DNA of 55,493 nt from contig JASFVL010000003.1 of NCBI GenBank assembly GCA_050049875.1, positions 1-55,493 on the forward strand, given 5' to 3'. Source of the DNA: Anaerolineales bacterium. GTDB lineage: Bacteria; Chloroflexota; Anaerolineae; Anaerolineales; UBA11858. Position 1 is the stretch's first letter. Each line of letters starts with the position of its first letter. Positions 54,601-55,493 of this stretch are shown here, piece by piece. Below the pieces are notes generated by a model. It ran no database searches and had not been told where the DNA came from. It worked only from the letters and a program-made list of their open reading frames with translations. The translations under genes and the position numbers were made by a program.

Positions 54601-54915
54601 TTACTCAACAGTCAACCTTGTGGTAAGTTCCAAATAATTACCCGGTTTGTAATCGACCCATCCATTATCGAATTTGTGGGTGATCTCGCTGTACCACTTA
54701 ATTTCATACAATCCCGCAGGCAGTGGTGGCAAATAGATTGATAAACCCTTAGCCCATATTTCAAGCTTTTCGTCAGCACAGGTAACCGTGTAGTGCTCGA
54801 CATCTCGAGTAAAAGTTTCAAGATTACCAATCTCTTGACCGTCGACAGTAATAATGTGGTCGTGATATTGCCATATTTCTTCGGCTTTGGCTTCATACAT
54901 TTTCACCAAAGCCAT
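54601..54915 (-). CDS. Hypothetical protein, probably a C-terminal fragment of a larger gene
   Basis: Beta-rich, protein-like sequence ending LTVE; no good RBS; stops immediately upstream. Confidence 0.4.
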   Translation of the reverse strand: MALVKMYEAKAEEIWQYHDHIITVDGQEIGNLETFTRDVEHYTVTCADEKLEIWAKGLSIYLPPLPAGLYEIKWYSEITHKFDNGWVDYKPGNYLELTTRLTVE

Positions 54916-55147
54916 CTACCCAGCAAACAGATTATCCTATTTTGATGCCTGCTCTGTCATCCCCCAACAGGATGATTGGGTGGGGGATTGACTATACTTT
55001 ATTCATAAAATCAAAAACACACATCAGGCATCTGGGGGAATATTGGCTTTACCCAGATGGCTAATTTTTGTTGTCCATCCCTTGCCGCATCTAGGAAAGG
55101 AGGGTTATGCCAGGGAATTGAAATCAGCTATAATGAATTGTGGAGAT

Positions 55148-55163
55148 TGTGATATTCATCACA
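55148..55163. promoter_or_regulatory. CRP/FNR-family box
   Basis: TGTGA-tattca-TCACA, a perfect TGTGA-N6-TCACA, overlapping the 9-bp inverted repeat GATTGTGAT/ATCACAATC. Confidence 0.5.
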
Positions 55164-55218
55164 TCACAATCGAATACATTCTGACAACTTCTGAGCGCAA
55201 TACCCGGCACAAATCCTC

Positions 55219-55247
55219 TTGACAAAGAACATATGTTCTATTACAAT
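55219..55247 (+). promoter_or_regulatory. Sigma70 promoter with perfect LexA (SOS) box
   Basis: TTGACA (55219-24), 17-bp spacer containing AGAACATATGTTCT (55226-39), TACAAT (55242-47). Confidence 0.8.
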
Positions 55248-55493
55248 ACTCAGTGTTAATTGTGCTATCAGTCACACAAACTTACAGGGTGGTAATAGCA
55301 TTATCTAAGGAATGCTCCTTTAGCGGTTCGAAATCTTATTGGTGGGATGAATTATCCATTGTGTACAAAACTATCAAGCGATGCGGTTAAAAGTCAAGAG
55401 GCAAAAACTGCAATCTAGAAGGAAAAAAAGGCAAGGTGAAAAGAACTTGCCAAAGGCACATTAACAAGTTTAGAACAAGTGAAAGATGAAGGG

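Noticed and set aside
1165-54896. Numerous short antisense or overlapping ORFs in the track
   Set aside because: Shadow frames of well-supported genes with no recognisable motifs.
55290-55345. GGTTCGAAATC resembling a tRNA T-loop
   Set aside because: No cloverleaf, acceptor stem or paired T-stem.
1-55493. CRISPR array, rRNA, transposase or prophage genes
   Set aside because: No regularly spaced repeats or recognisable motifs were seen by eye; a covariance/HMM scan would be needed to exclude small RNAs.

Overview
Gene-dense bacterial chromosomal segment of about 55 genes. It is most likely Chloroflexota/Anaerolineae; this is inferred from the gene families and the Gram-positive-type LexA boxes, not from a database search. 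No rRNA, tRNA, CRISPR array or transposase was recognised. From left to right: two divergent Ser/Thr protein kinases; a sulfur amino-acid cluster (cystathionine gamma-lyase/synthase, cystathionine beta-synthase and a ParB-fold protein with SbnI/SerK free-serine-kinase motifs); an orange-protein-like cluster (NifB/NifX proteins, ferredoxin-ATPases, DUF364, DUF59) with a divergent XRE-cupin regulator; an ECF sigma/anti-sigma pair; LysE; a fatty acid desaturase; a SARP-hydrolase-cyclase fusion facing a direct-repeat array; a cyclase-STAND-TPR protein; many small accessory enzymes; pepF. At 39.7-51.3 kb there is an alternative-complex-III/Qrc-like respiratory cluster with split ActB and no ActF/G. 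It carries a collagen-stalked pentaheme lipoprotein and a triheme lipoprotein and follows a di-CxxCH sensor kinase/NarL pair. Four pseudogene remnants and two SOS-box promoters are also visible. The best candidates for an undescribed system are (1) serine-kinase-fed, O-phosphoserine-dependent transsulfuration and (2) the heme-sensor-controlled ACIII variant wired to surface cytochromes.
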